From an uncultured Nitrososphaerales archaeon (GTDB taxonomy: Archaea > Thermoproteota > Nitrososphaeria > Nitrososphaerales > Nitrososphaeraceae), in contig CAVOHZ010000010.1 in NCBI GenBank assembly GCA_963695855.1, forward strand, positions 1,568,001 to 1,632,000: a stretch of DNA of 64,000 nucleotides, in the 5' to 3' direction. The translations under genes and the position numbers were made by a program. How positions within the stretch are numbered: position 1 is the first letter of the stretch; each line of letters begins with the position of its first letter. Below are positions 1 through 11,253 of the stretch, in pieces. The notes under the pieces were generated by a model. It was not told the DNA's origin. It ran no database searches and saw nothing but the letters and a program-made list of their open reading frames with translations.

Positions 1-164
1 GAAATATTCTATTTAACTTTAGAATATTAAATTTAGTTATTTCGTGTACTTTATCAATTTTTGTATATACTAAAATTTATCATCATGGAAAAAGTCATTT
101 TCAATGCTTTATAAAAAAAAATAAGAAAGATAAATATTTTGTTAAATAAGTATATTCAAAATCA

Positions 165-650
165 TTGAAACCATTACTATTAGATCCAAAAAGAAAATTA
201 ACTGGTCATATAAAGCTCATTTTTGATACAGAGGTAAGGAATGAGCTTCCAGAAATTCAGTGTGAATTCTCTAAAAAAACAGGTAGAATAAAGAATTTTA
301 GTATTGATTCTAAATTATTTGCCACATTGCGCAAAGATGGTCATTTAGCCTTAACAATATTTGGTGCTGAGAAGATGATGGAATATAAAGAATTTAAACA
401 AAATTGTGTGATACCCAAAGAAGAAGCAATACCGTTCATCATTAAAGGAAAATCGTTATTTTGTAAACATGTAGAGTGGTGTGGAAACAATATCAATATT
501 GGTTCTGAGGTCGTAGTGATTGATAGAGATAAAAAAGTATTAGCAGTTGGAAAGTCAATATGCTCACATTTATTTATGAACAAACTTCAGCACGGTGTAG
601 CGATAAAGATTAGAGAAGGAATAAAAAGCAGAAATTCCCCAGATAAATGA
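165..650 (+). CDS. PUA-domain RNA-binding protein (resembles the archaeosine tRNA-guanine transglycosylase C-terminal domain)
   Basis: SKKTGRIK, LFATLR, GKSLFCKHV, GSEVVVID...LAVGKS, GVAIKIREG match pre-PUA/PUA motifs. Confidence 0.8.
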   Translation: MKPLLLDPKRKLTGHIKLIFDTEVRNELPEIQCEFSKKTGRIKNFSIDSKLFATLRKDGHLALTIFGAEKMMEYKEFKQNCVIPKEEAIPFIIKGKSLFCKHVEWCGNNINIGSEVVVIDRDKKVLAVGKSICSHLFMNKLQHGVAIKIREGIKSRNSPDK

Positions 651-661
651 GGTAATAAGAA

Positions 662-1000
662 ATGATGCGTGGTGGAAATAGGGAAATGCGTAGAATGCTG
701 GGAAAAATGGGTCTAGAAATGAATGAAATGGACGGAATAGAAGAAGTAATAATTAAAACTGAAACAAAGGAATTATTTTTAATAAAACCACAGGTAATTG
801 AAATGAAAGGAAAGGATAGTACAATTTTCCAAATAATAGCAACGGATATCGAAGAAAAACAGAGAGAGATACCATCATTTAAAGATGAAGATATAGTCTT
901 AGTAATGCAGCAGGCAAATGTATCAAAGGAAAAGGCAATTCAAGCACTAACCGATTCAAAAGGAGATCTAGCACAAGCTATCTTAACCTTAACTACATAA
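662..1000 (+). CDS. nac: Nascent polypeptide-associated complex protein
   Basis: MRRMLGKMG N-terminus; C-terminal UBA-like EDIVLVMQQANVSKEKAIQAL...GDLAQAIL. Confidence 0.92.
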   Translation: MMRGGNREMRRMLGKMGLEMNEMDGIEEVIIKTETKELFLIKPQVIEMKGKDSTIFQIIATDIEEKQREIPSFKDEDIVLVMQQANVSKEKAIQALTDSKGDLAQAILTLTT

Positions 1001-1409
1001 ACGATAAGATTAATTAAAGAGTAAGATTAGTTATGAAATGTTATAGGTTATTTTGGTCTTAATACAGATCCTATTTGAAGTCTATTTTAGATTGAACTTT
1101 TGAAAACAATAGCCTATCAAAAAAAGTTCAATTCTAAAAATTCTTCATAGTTGTTATAATTTGGTACGTTAGATTAAATTCTCTTGCTATAAGTAGTAAA
1201 CATGGCATAAAAATATCCTAGTTTTTTAGAACAAAAAGAATCTACATGAATATGAGAAATTATGTAACGGCAGTAAACGCTTTTATCTTAATTGATATAC
1301 TTTCAAAATTCTTGAATATCATCATAATAAATCCTATTAGAACGCCTAAAAGGATAGAAATGCTGAACACTAAATTTGTTCATCGAATGTTACCTAAGTT
1401 TACAAAGAA

Positions 1410-1979
1410 TCATCTTTGATTGTTATTTATTCTTCTTATTCTTTTATTAAATAATTCGATATATTCTTTATAAAGGAATAATGCAGCAACTGTCTTGCAA
1501 TCAACTATTTCACCTGTTACACATTTTTTAATGGCAGTTTGAAATGAATATTTTTTTAATTTAATATTTTCATCATCGTCCAAATATTGTTTATTATAGC
1601 TCTTTTTTAAATCAGTTACCAAGAAAATATACATCAATTCTGTGTCATATCCCGGTGCTAAATACCATTGAGTTAAAAAAGTAAATTTTCCTGAGTATCC
1701 TATTTCTTCTAATAATTCTCGTTTTGCAGCTTGTTCTTTGTTTTCTCTATTTTCAATTTTTCCCGCTGGAATTTCTAAGAGAACCTTTCCTGCAGCACGT
1801 CTATATTGAGTGATCAAGAAAATATCATTATTTGGGAGAATTGGAATAATACCAACAGAAGGAGAATGTTCAACAACTTCTTTTTGAATTCTTTTTCCTT
1901 CCAGCACAAATTCATCCATTCGAACAGATATTTTTCCTGAATAAACTTTCTTACTGCTTAATAATTTGATGTCTTTCAT
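1410..1979 (-). CDS. NUDIX hydrolase (ADP-ribose pyrophosphatase-like)
   Basis: Nudix box LEIPAGKIE...AAKRELLEEIGY; QYR; APG. Confidence 0.9.
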   Translation of the reverse strand: MKDIKLLSSKKVYSGKISVRMDEFVLEGKRIQKEVVEHSPSVGIIPILPNNDIFLITQYRRAAGKVLLEIPAGKIENRENKEQAAKRELLEEIGYSGKFTFLTQWYLAPGYDTELMYIFLVTDLKKSYNKQYLDDDENIKLKKYSFQTAIKKCVTGEIVDCKTVAALFLYKEYIELFNKRIRRINNNQR

Positions 1980-2103
1980 ATATTTTTCATCTCTACACGT
2001 AAAATATTCTTTCCTAGAATAATATTAATTCTCAATACTGAAGGCAATATTCATTATAGCTAAAAATAAGTTATTTATATGACATTTATGAAAAAGTATA
2101 TGG

Positions 2104-2538
2104 ATGAATTTCATTGACGGCGATAGGAATATTTTAGTTCCTAAATCTGTCAGGCCAATAATGGATTATGATAAAACAATTTTAGGTAGTAGAAAAAATG
2201 CAAAAAAACAATATAGATATGGAAATTTACATATCAGAGAATATAATGACTATTATAGTCTACACATGGATAGTGTAGATCCTAGAGAGGATCCTATCGG
2301 ACATTTAATAAAAGATGCTCCAGAAGAAATAATATGCTTAATTTTAGCATCATCTTTTGGTAGCAAAATAGGAAGATCGTATTATAATAAGAAAAAAAAT
2401 GGAAATGACAAAACCTCATCTGCAATCTCAAAGGCAGCAATAATGGGTACTTTGACAGGAATTACAACGTATTTTGTATCTAAATATATTTCTAACATCA
2501 TCAAAAAAAATAGCCGAATAAATATTGAAGACGAGTAG
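2104..2538 (+). CDS. Hypothetical protein
   Basis: 144-aa ORF with HIREY...HMDSVDP...GHL motif, directly upstream of the ABC1 kinase. Confidence 0.7.
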   Translation: MNFIDGDRNILVPKSVRPIMDYDKTILGSRKNAKKQYRYGNLHIREYNDYYSLHMDSVDPREDPIGHLIKDAPEEIICLILASSFGSKIGRSYYNKKKNGNDKTSSAISKAAIMGTLTGITTYFVSKYISNIIKKNSRINIEDE

Positions 2539-4093
2539 CATGGGTAAAAAAAGTTCTAAAATACAGATCATAAGAATCATTATTAAATTATTTCCTATAA
2601 TAATCAATTTTAGAAGAGACAGAAGAGAATGGGTAAAAAAAGAAGGAAAAGATATTGATGAAAGAAAATATATATGCCATGCAAAAATGGCATTAAAAGT
2701 ATTCATTGAATTGGGACCTTCATATATAAAATTAGGCCAATGGTTATCTTCCCGTTCAGATATATTACCACAACCATATCTAGAAGTTCTTTCGACATTA
2801 CAAGACGACGTACCAGTTGAACCTTTTGAGAAAGTCAAAAAAACTATTGAAGAAGAATTGGGACAAATCGACTTAATTTTTGAATCATTTAATATCGAGG
2901 CTTTTTCTGGAGCAAGTCTTGGACAAGTATATCATGCAAAATACAGAGGAAAAGATGTTGTTGTAAAAGTGGCAAGACCGAATATAGAACAAATTGTTGG
3001 AAATGATATTTCAATTATGAAAAGACTTATTCCTATTGGAACAAGATTTATTGATCCTAACTTGCGCTTCTCGGTAGAGGGTATGTTTTCACAATTTATT
3101 GAGACAGTCTATGAGGAAATGGATTATTTAAAGGAAGCAAAAAATTTGTTAACTATTAAAAAAAATTTAAAAAATGAAAAAAATATTGTGATTCCTAATC
3201 TATTACCTGAAATGACTTCAAAACATATCATCACTACAGAATATGTACCGGGTATAAAAATTACAGATATAAAATCATTAGATAAAATGGGTATAGATAG
3301 ACAAAAATTAGTTATACTTCTACATCATATTTTTTTTAAAATGTTATTAAGAAATAGTATTTTTCATTCCGATCCTCATCCAGGAAATATAGCAGTCAAA
3401 GATGACGGATCTATTATTCTGTATGATTTTGGAATGGTTGGAAGACTGGATAATGAAACGAGACTTCTGTTAATAAGACTATATCTTGGTCTAATAGATA
3501 AGGACCCTATCAGAACTGTTGATGTACTTATCCAATTGGGAACTCTAGAACACACGGTAAATCGCAGTGTGGTAGAAAAAGCATTAGAATTGAGCATTAG
3601 ATCTTTGCATGGAAAAAAAGTTGACAGGATGGAAGTTAAATCATTGATGGATCTATCTAACAAGACATTAAGTAAATTTCCATTTAGATTACCCAAAAAC
3701 CTAGCTTTATACATGAGAATGACTTCAATTTTGGAAGGAATTTATAATCAACATAGAATTAAATTTCAATTTGCCAAGGTTTTATCAAATTTATTAGAAC
3801 AAGAAGGGCTTTTAAAAGAGGCGTATATTGAAGAACTAAAATTTTCGTTTCAAAAATTCTTAAAAAATATAGAAATCTCATCTAATTTGTCAGAAATGCT
3901 AAAAACATATTTAGAGAATCAAGATTCTAGAACTAAAACCGTTAACAAACATCATAGAATTATTGCAGTAAGCATCTTTTCTTCAGCTTTGTTTATAGGA
4001 TCAGCTATTTTATTTTCATACAACCAAATATTTTCTTATATGGGGTTAGTTGGCTCTGGTATTGTATTTTTATTAAATTTTGTTAAAAAGTAA
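2525..4093 (+). CDS. AarF/ABC1/UbiB-family atypical kinase (likely ATG start at 2540)
   Basis: LGPSYIKLGQ, ASLGQVY, VVVKV, FHSDPHPGN, YDFGMVG; C-terminal TM helices. Confidence 0.92.
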   Translation: MKTSSMGKKSSKIQIIRIIIKLFPIIINFRRDRREWVKKEGKDIDERKYICHAKMALKVFIELGPSYIKLGQWLSSRSDILPQPYLEVLSTLQDDVPVEPFEKVKKTIEEELGQIDLIFESFNIEAFSGASLGQVYHAKYRGKDVVVKVARPNIEQIVGNDISIMKRLIPIGTRFIDPNLRFSVEGMFSQFIETVYEEMDYLKEAKNLLTIKKNLKNEKNIVIPNLLPEMTSKHIITTEYVPGIKITDIKSLDKMGIDRQKLVILLHHIFFKMLLRNSIFHSDPHPGNIAVKDDGSIILYDFGMVGRLDNETRLLLIRLYLGLIDKDPIRTVDVLIQLGTLEHTVNRSVVEKALELSIRSLHGKKVDRMEVKSLMDLSNKTLSKFPFRLPKNLALYMRMTSILEGIYNQHRIKFQFAKVLSNLLEQEGLLKEAYIEELKFSFQKFLKNIEISSNLSEMLKTYLENQDSRTKTVNKHHRIIAVSIFSSALFIGSAILFSYNQIFSYMGLVGSGIVFLLNFVKK

Positions 4094-4190
4094 GTTAAAG
4101 GTAACAATTAGAAATTATTAATACTAAAATTATTATCTAGGAATTTATCCTCTTAATTTTTATTTTAGATGTTTATATTTAATTTGGATC

Positions 4191-5462
4191 ATGGATATTT
4201 TTTTGCCCAGTGTTGTTTTTAATGCATTATCATTTACTAATTTAGGATCATCTGAATTCATCGTACAAGATTTTGCAGTTATTATGGTAATGGCAGCTGT
4301 TATGCTTTTCATAACACATAAATTAAAACAGTCAATGGTTGTCGGATATTTATTAGCTGGAATGATTATTGGTCCATATACACCCCCTTTTTCACTTATC
4401 CGAAATGTAGAAACGATAAATGTATTCGCAGAACTTGGAATAATCGTGCTTTTATTTGTTATAGGAATTGAATTCCCAATAGCTAAACTGAGACAAATAG
4501 GAAGAATTTCTATGGTAGTTGGATTGACTGAATCGATAGGAACAATGTTGATTACTTTTTTTGTTGCTCAAAATTTAGGTTTTACAGTTTTTGATTCAAT
4601 GTTTTTGGCCTTGGCCATGTCAATAACAAGTACAGTTGTTACAATAAAGATACTGGAAGAAATGGGAAAAATAAAGGAGCGATCATCAATATTGATTCTT
4701 GGTGTTTTGATCGTTGAAGACATTATAGCGGTTACAACTTTGGCCATACTTCAATCCATAGCAGCAGCCTCAGGTACAGACGATATTTCCATTATATCGA
4801 TCTCAATTTCGATCGCTATTGCAATAGTATTCATCGGTACTATTCTTATTCTCGGTTCAAGATTTTTACCAAACTTGATAGATAAAATTGGAAAAACTAA
4901 TGATTATGCTCTGCTTCTAATTGTAATCTTGGGACTTGCATTTGGATTATCTTTTATTGCAAATATTTTAGGTTTATCAGTAGTAATTGGGGCATTCTTA
5001 GCCGGAGTTCTAGTTGCCGAATCAAAAAGTGCTACAGTTGCAAAAGTTATTACTATACCTTTAAGAGATATATTTTCTGCTTTATTCTTTATATCCATAG
5101 GAGCTTTGGTCAATATTTCTGTTATACCGATGTTCATAATTCCAGCAATGATATTGATATTAACAGCATTTGCATCGAAACTGCTGCTGGTTTTAGCAGT
5201 ATTAGCAAAATCTAAATTTGACAACATAGATCGACTCAAGGCAGGATTAGGATTAGCCAGTGCAAAAGGAGAGATGTCTCTTGTCATTGCAAAAGGAGGA
5301 CAGGATGTTGGTGCTATTACCTCGTCAGTTCTTCCAATATTAAGCGTAGTAACAATCATAACGGCTTTTGCATCTCCATATATAATCAGATTTGCACATA
5401 ACATAAAATCCACAAAAACAGAATATAAAGGGGATGATGAAGTAAAAACGAATATAGATTAA
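4191..5462 (+). CDS. CPA2/Kef-type cation:proton antiporter
   Basis: Multi-TM protein; GYLLAGMIIGP, AELGIIVLLFVIGIEF, TSTVV, LIVEDII, GAFLAG. Confidence 0.9.
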   Translation: MDIFLPSVVFNALSFTNLGSSEFIVQDFAVIMVMAAVMLFITHKLKQSMVVGYLLAGMIIGPYTPPFSLIRNVETINVFAELGIIVLLFVIGIEFPIAKLRQIGRISMVVGLTESIGTMLITFFVAQNLGFTVFDSMFLALAMSITSTVVTIKILEEMGKIKERSSILILGVLIVEDIIAVTTLAILQSIAAASGTDDISIISISISIAIAIVFIGTILILGSRFLPNLIDKIGKTNDYALLLIVILGLAFGLSFIANILGLSVVIGAFLAGVLVAESKSATVAKVITIPLRDIFSALFFISIGALVNISVIPMFIIPAMILILTAFASKLLLVLAVLAKSKFDNIDRLKAGLGLASAKGEMSLVIAKGGQDVGAITSSVLPILSVVTIITAFASPYIIRFAHNIKSTKTEYKGDDEVKTNID

Positions 5463-5542
5463 TACTCAAATAGAGATTTAAACGTTATTCAATTACAAGT
5501 AAAAAAAGGATTTAAATTACTATTTATCCAATATTAAATAGA

Positions 5543-6106
5543 GTGTCTTCTGGAATTAAAACTAATGAAAGTCCTCGCCATTTCATGGTTTTGGATGCAT
5601 TAGCTAGAGGAATTAAGGATCTCAATAAGATTTCAAAAATAACAAAACTGACTAGAGAGGAAGTTGAATTGATATCAAATGATTTAATATCCCAAAAACT
5701 GGTAATAAAAAAAGAGAAAAGGAGTTTTTTCGGTAACAAAAAAATAGAAATTTCAATAACAGAAACTGGCATTAGACTTTTAAATGCAAAGAAAGAAGAG
5801 TTGGAACAAAAATGGCGTAAAGCTCAACAGATTTACAACAATGGTCAAGGCAATAAAGCACAATTACAAACGTTTATGGAAGATAATAGATCGTGGATGC
5901 CATTAATGTTGTTTATGGGTATAACAGATATTCTATTTTTTATGACAATGATGTCATTTGTAGGTATGGCATTGACTCCTATGGAACATTCTATGGCTGG
6001 CGACTCTGGAACAGAAGCTGCAGGAGGAGATACAGGCTCTGAGATGGATAGTGGAGATACCGGAGATTTTGGGGGTTTCGATGGTGGTGGATTCGGAGAC
6101 TTTTAA
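5543..6106 (+). CDS. Winged-helix-like protein with hydrophobic segment and acidic Gly-rich tail
   Basis: ISITETGIRLL wing motif; ends GDFGGFDGGGFGDF. Confidence 0.65.
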   Translation: MSSGIKTNESPRHFMVLDALARGIKDLNKISKITKLTREEVELISNDLISQKLVIKKEKRSFFGNKKIEISITETGIRLLNAKKEELEQKWRKAQQIYNNGQGNKAQLQTFMEDNRSWMPLMLFMGITDILFFMTMMSFVGMALTPMEHSMAGDSGTEAAGGDTGSEMDSGDTGDFGGFDGGGFGDF

Positions 6107-6247
6107 AAATAATGCTAGCAAAAGATAATAAAATATAATAATAAATTCTATCCGCCTATTGAACAAAGATTATAAAAATTGATTCTATAGACATAAAAAA
6201 ATGATATAATTTACAACAAATTATATTGCATACAATCATCAGGAAAA

Positions 6248-6760
6248 TTAATTTTTAAGATCGTGAATGGTCTTATTGTCAATATTATACAAATTGTTAT
6301 AATGGGTTGTAGAGGAAAAACAATTTTGACTGTTATTACAAGATAAATCTTTTGAAGATGATATTGGAAGAGAATATACATATTCTCTAAGTCTTTTTGT
6401 TCTGAGTAATTTTCCTTTTGTACAATATCTCGATAAATATGTAGAAATTACACTCAACTTAATCGGCTCTTCATATCTTTCTTCGTACAATTGAGCAATA
6501 TCTGAAGAAGTAAAAGATATTCTACTAAATGATTGCTCTATTACAGTCCATATCTTTGAATCCACAGATAATATTTCTTTATCATTATCTGTAATAAAGC
6601 TCGTAATATTATTAGATGGTTTTCTACCAGATTGAACTATATCCATTAATTCCATTATATGTGCAATCTTCTCTTTTGAAAAATTTCCCTCTAACGAAAG
6701 GTTATATTTATCTCCTTCGCTATCTTCTAATTCTATCTTTATCCGTTTTTTCGAGCTCAA
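6248..6760 (-). CDS. Hypothetical protein, probable winged-helix DNA-binding domain
   Basis: FTSSDIAQLYEERY...ISTYLSRY...GKLLR HTH pattern. Confidence 0.65.
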   Translation of the reverse strand: MSSKKRIKIELEDSEGDKYNLSLEGNFSKEKIAHIMELMDIVQSGRKPSNNITSFITDNDKEILSVDSKIWTVIEQSFSRISFTSSDIAQLYEERYEEPIKLSVISTYLSRYCTKGKLLRTKRLREYVYSLPISSSKDLSCNNSQNCFSSTTHYNNLYNIDNKTIHDLKN

Positions 6761-7430
6761 AATGAAAGATCTTTAATAACTTTAGAATTACCGGTTTTTA
6801 ACATCAATAGTAAAAAAAAATATAATCATAGCTCAGCTTTTTTTAACCACATCAGTATTTTACGTGTTTCAAATCAATTAGTAGTTTTTAGTTGTAGAAA
6901 TATTATCCAAACTTTTTAGCAGAATATCTTATTTTCAATCTAATTAACACCAAATTTGTAATAACACCGACCGCATTTCCCCAAATAATTATCAGATCAT
7001 CTATGATAACTCCATAAATAACATATAAAAATAAGCCAACAGTTAAATAAAAAACTAGCCAAAACGAAACATCATCCATCTTTCTTGTCTTTAGTCCTTT
7101 AATTATTTGTGGAATACTACTGTATCTAGTGAGTATAGTAGCTGAGTCTTATAAGAAAAACTAAAAGAGTCGATTGAGATGAAATAGTAAATTCAATCAT
7201 AAAGAAAGATAAAAAAAAGACGCTTTTATACTATATATTTTTCAGTTTCTATGTTTATTATTTTTCAATTATAATTTGGAATAAATTAGAATTTTGAACT
7301 AATAACATATAGGATATGATTTTAAGAAATGATCCCTTCAATTCAACACATAATTTTAAAGACATAAAAAACTAAATTGAATATGATAAAAAATTGTTTA
7401 AAAATAAAATAACATTTAGCAAGTTTAGAT

Positions 7431-8021
7431 TTATTCGATATTGATCTGGACTCCACTACTAATAATATTTTTCTTTTTAAATGTTATTTCTAATACTCCA
7501 TTCCTATACTGCGATCGTCCTGTTGTCGGTTCTACTGGCTCTGGAAAATCAATTTTTTTATGGTAACGTTGCTTAGATGACGTTGAAGATGAAATTGTTA
7601 GGGTGTTTTCATTAGCATTTAATCGTAAATCTTCTTTTTCAACTCCAGGCAATTCTGCAACAACTTTTATTTCTTCTTTGCCCATTATCACATCAATTAG
7701 AGGTTCCCTTTCATCTTGTATTTCTGTTGAGTCACTTGCAAGAGTATGAGAAAAAGCATCTATGTTTCCAAATTTTCTTATTATTGGTTTTCCATCTTCG
7801 CCAATCTTTACTGAATATCCGTATACTATAGGACCATATTCTTTTATAGTTGAACCATCATCTAATTTACGTTCTTTTATGAATTTTTTTGGAACTGGTT
7901 GTTCAAAATGTTGAAATGCTTCTCCCATCATTTTTTCCATTTCTCGCATCATAGTATCAATATCTGGAAACCAACTTCCAAGTCTTCTTTTTCTGAACCA
8001 TTCGTCAAATGGATATGTCAT
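7431..8021 (-). CDS. hsp20: Archaeal small heat-shock protein Hsp20
   Basis: GPIVYGYS, EREPLIDV, AELPGVEKED, YRNGVLEI alpha-crystallin motifs. Confidence 0.92.
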   Translation of the reverse strand: MTYPFDEWFRKRRLGSWFPDIDTMMREMEKMMGEAFQHFEQPVPKKFIKERKLDDGSTIKEYGPIVYGYSVKIGEDGKPIIRKFGNIDAFSHTLASDSTEIQDEREPLIDVIMGKEEIKVVAELPGVEKEDLRLNANENTLTISSSTSSKQRYHKKIDFPEPVEPTTGRSQYRNGVLEITFKKKNIISSGVQINIE

Positions 8022-8053
8022 AAAAATAAGAAATCTTATCAGATATTAATAAG

Positions 8054-9193
8054 TTATTCCTGTTGAAATTCTTTATCTAATTCCTTCAAAAGCCACTTCT
8101 GTTTATCTGTGAGTATATTTGGAATACGAACATGAATTCTGACCAGTTGATCGCCTTTTCCATAACTTCCATATCTTGGTAATCCCTTTCCTTTAAGTCT
8201 CAAGATGGTATCAACAGATGTTCCAGGTGGAATTTTTAATTTTTCATTTCCTTGTAGAGTCGGAACTTTTACTTCTGTTCCCAAAACTAGACTTGTATAA
8301 TCAAGATTCAAATCATGTAATATGTGTCCATCGTCTAACCTTTCAAATAATCGATGTGGAAGTACATGTACTCGGATCAATAGATCTCCTGGAGAACCAA
8401 CATCAGAGTATTCTCCCTCCCCACTTAATTGTAATGTCATCCCATCTTCGACACCAGAAGGAATACTAATTTTAAGTTTCTTTTTTACCTTAATTTTACC
8501 AGATCCTCTGCACATATTACATGGATTCTCAATAACTTCACCTTTTCCATTACAACTTTGGCATGTTTCCAACGAAATAAATGTTGAAAACCGATTTTGA
8601 TTATATACTCTACGTGTTTGCCCCCGTCCATTACACACACTACAGACTTTAGGTTTGCTTCCTTTTGATGCTCCTGTTCCATTACAATCACTACACTTGT
8701 CAAACTTTGGCACCTCGATTTCATCTTTTCTTCCCTTCAAAACATCTTCTAAAGAGAGTTCAACATCATACAAGATATCACGGCCTCGCCTTCTTTCACT
8801 TCCTCCTATATTAAAGCTAAAGCCAGCAAATGGATCTCCCGATGAAAATCCTCCTCTGCCACCAAACATTTGCTCAAATATCGTTTTTGCAAAGCCCCCA
8901 AAACCCATATCTTTGAATATTTCCTCAAAATTGGCTTCAGAGCCTCTAAACGCTTCATCAGTGCCAACGTGACCATATGTATCATACCGCTTTCTTTTAT
9001 CGTCATCAGATAGGACGGCATATGCTTCTGAAATTTCTTTAAATTTCTCTTCAGCATCTGAAGACTTATTTCTGTCAGGATGAAATTTTAAAGCAAGTTT
9101 GCGATAACTATTTTTAATTTCATCTTTAGTAGCAGTTTTTTGTACTCCTAAAACCTCATAATAATCTTTTTTACTTGTCATTAACCTACTCAC
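8054..9193 (-). CDS. dnaJ: Chaperone DnaJ (likely ATG start at 9181)
   Basis: J-domain DYYEVLGV...HPD; four CxxCxGxG repeats. Confidence 0.97.
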   Translation of the reverse strand: MSRLMTSKKDYYEVLGVQKTATKDEIKNSYRKLALKFHPDRNKSSDAEEKFKEISEAYAVLSDDDKRKRYDTYGHVGTDEAFRGSEANFEEIFKDMGFGGFAKTIFEQMFGGRGGFSSGDPFAGFSFNIGGSERRRGRDILYDVELSLEDVLKGRKDEIEVPKFDKCSDCNGTGASKGSKPKVCSVCNGRGQTRRVYNQNRFSTFISLETCQSCNGKGEVIENPCNMCRGSGKIKVKKKLKISIPSGVEDGMTLQLSGEGEYSDVGSPGDLLIRVHVLPHRLFERLDDGHILHDLNLDYTSLVLGTEVKVPTLQGNEKLKIPPGTSVDTILRLKGKGLPRYGSYGKGDQLVRIHVRIPNILTDKQKWLLKELDKEFQQE

Positions 9194-9253
9194 TGAAAAA
9201 TAATAAAATTATAGTTGGGCCAAACATATGATATCTTGTTTGTTCTTATTAAA

Positions 9254-11242
9254 TTATGACCCGGCTGGTGATGTTTTTTCATCTGAATTGCCAGTATTTG
9301 ATTCTTGATTGGTTCCTTGACCTGTACTATTTTCTTGAGTTGTATCACTTGTTGTTCCTCCGCCTGTAGGTCCTCCGCCTGTAGGTCCTCCGCCTGTAGG
9401 TCCTCCGCCTGTAGGTCCTCCGCCTGTAGGTCCTCCGCCTGTAGGTCCTCCGCCTGTAGGTCCTCCGCCTGTTGATGCTCCAATATTTTTATAAATTTCT
9501 GTACTTATTTCTGATAACAGAGTTTTTGTATTTTGAATTTTGTTCTTTATATCTTCAAGATTGTTACTAGATAAAGCATCTTTTAAATCGTGTATCGATT
9601 TGTTAATTTTTTCAGTCTGTTCTGGTTTAATTTTATCTTTGAAATCCTCATTAATTAGTTTTTCAGCTGAATAAACAATATTATCTGCCTCATTTCTAAG
9701 TTCGGCCTCTTCTTTCTTTTTCTTGTCAGCTTCCGTATATTGTTCTGATTCTTTCTTTAATCTATCTATTTCTTCTTTAGATAATTTGGTACTTGCGGTA
9801 ATTGTGATTTTTGCTTCTTTGGATGTTCCCAAATCTTTTGCAGTGACATTCAATATACCATTTGCATCGATATCAAAAGTTACCTCAATTTGAGGGACTC
9901 CTCTGGGTGCAGGAGGTATTCCGGCCAAATTGAATGTGCCTAAAGAGACACAATCTGCAGCCATAGGCCTTTCTCCTTGAACCACGTGAATAGTAACGGC
10001 AGATTGATAATCAGCTGCAGTTGTAAAAACTTTGCTTTTCTTCGTTGGTATAGTAGTATTTCTTTCAATTAATGTTTCTTTTATACCTCCAAGTACTTCA
10101 AGACCTAATGTCAGCGGGGTAACATCCACTAGAAGAATATCTGTTGAAACATCTCCAGAAATTATAGCACCTTGTATTGCAGCGCCCATAGCTACTGCCT
10201 CCATAGGATCTACCCCTCTTTCGGGTTCTTTGCCCATTACTGTTTGAACGAATTGTCTTACTATTGGCATCCTTGTTGGTCCTCCTATCATAATAATTTT
10301 GTCTATGTCACTTGGAACATGTTTTGCGTCCTGGATTGCTTGCATCATAGGACCTTTACACTTTTCTACTATTGGTCTTAAAAGTTCCTCAAGTTTAGAT
10401 CTAGTTAAATTGATAATAAGATTTTTTGGACCAGTAGATGGATCATAAGAGAGAAATGGTAAGTTAATTTCTGTAGAAACAAGATTTGATAACTCGATCT
10501 TCGCTTTTTCTGCAGCTTCTCTTATCCTCATCATAGCTGCTTTATCATTTCTAGTATCTAAACCAGATTGCTGTTTAAACTCTTTCAAAATATGTTCTAT
10601 AATGGCGTTATCCATATCAGTTCCTCCAAGTTGTGTATCGCCAGAAGTACTTTTGACCTGAAAAACTCCTCCCCCCATTTCCATTATTGTTACATCTAAT
10701 GTCCCTCCTCCAAAATCAAAGACCATAATCTTTAGATCTTTTTGAATCTTATCCAAACCGTATGCGAGTGAAGCAGCGGTAGGTTCGTTAATAATTCTGA
10801 CGACTTGCAAACCAGCTATTTCACCAGCATCTTTTGTGGCTTGTCTTTGATTATCATTAAAATATGCGGGAACAGTAATAACAACTTTGTCTACAACATC
10901 ACCCAAAAATCCCTCTGAATCTTTTTTAATTTTCTGTAAAATGAAAGATGATATTTGTTGCGGAGAATAATTTTTCGCACCTACGTTAAATCTAAAATCT
11001 GTACCCATCTTTCTTTTTGCAGCCATGACAGTTCCCTCTGGATTCGATACCATCTGTCTTCTAGCGGGCTCTCCAACTAATAGATCACCTGTATTAGTGA
11101 AAGCTACCACAGATGGAAATGCTTTTCCTCCTATTGAAGTTCCTTCTGCGGCCTGAATTATTGTTGGTTTTCCACCAATCATAGCAGCTGCTGCAGAATT
11201 ACTAGTTCCTAAATCTATACCAATAATTTTTCCCATGATCAA
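9254..11242 (-). CDS. dnaK: Chaperone DnaK (Hsp70)
   Basis: [50 protein letters not shown]. Confidence 0.98.
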   Translation of the reverse strand: MIMGKIIGIDLGTSNSAAAAMIGGKPTIIQAAEGTSIGGKAFPSVVAFTNTGDLLVGEPARRQMVSNPEGTVMAAKRKMGTDFRFNVGAKNYSPQQISSFILQKIKKDSEGFLGDVVDKVVITVPAYFNDNQRQATKDAGEIAGLQVVRIINEPTAASLAYGLDKIQKDLKIMVFDFGGGTLDVTIMEMGGGVFQVKSTSGDTQLGGTDMDNAIIEHILKEFKQQSGLDTRNDKAAMMRIREAAEKAKIELSNLVSTEINLPFLSYDPSTGPKNLIINLTRSKLEELLRPIVEKCKGPMMQAIQDAKHVPSDIDKIIMIGGPTRMPIVRQFVQTVMGKEPERGVDPMEAVAMGAAIQGAIISGDVSTDILLVDVTPLTLGLEVLGGIKETLIERNTTIPTKKSKVFTTAADYQSAVTIHVVQGERPMAADCVSLGTFNLAGIPPAPRGVPQIEVTFDIDANGILNVTAKDLGTSKEAKITITASTKLSKEEIDRLKKESEQYTEADKKKKEEAELRNEADNIVYSAEKLINEDFKDKIKPEQTEKINKSIHDLKDALSSNNLEDIKNKIQNTKTLLSEISTEIYKNIGASTGGGPTGGGPTGGGPTGGGPTGGGPTGGGPTGGGPTGGGTTSDTTQENSTGQGTNQESNTGNSDEKTSPAGS
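9356..9472. repeat. 15-bp perfect tandem repeat (7+ copies) encoding (TGGGP)n in the DnaK C-terminal tail
   Basis: tcctccgcctgtagg repeated. Confidence 0.95.
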
Positions 11243-11253
11243 TATTCACCTTA

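Noticed and set aside
6761-7430. 670-bp intergenic region
   Set aside because: No convincing repeat, RNA structure or ORF seen
9190-9483. ORF (AEDLQ)n
   Set aside because: Alternative frame of the dnaK 15-bp repeat
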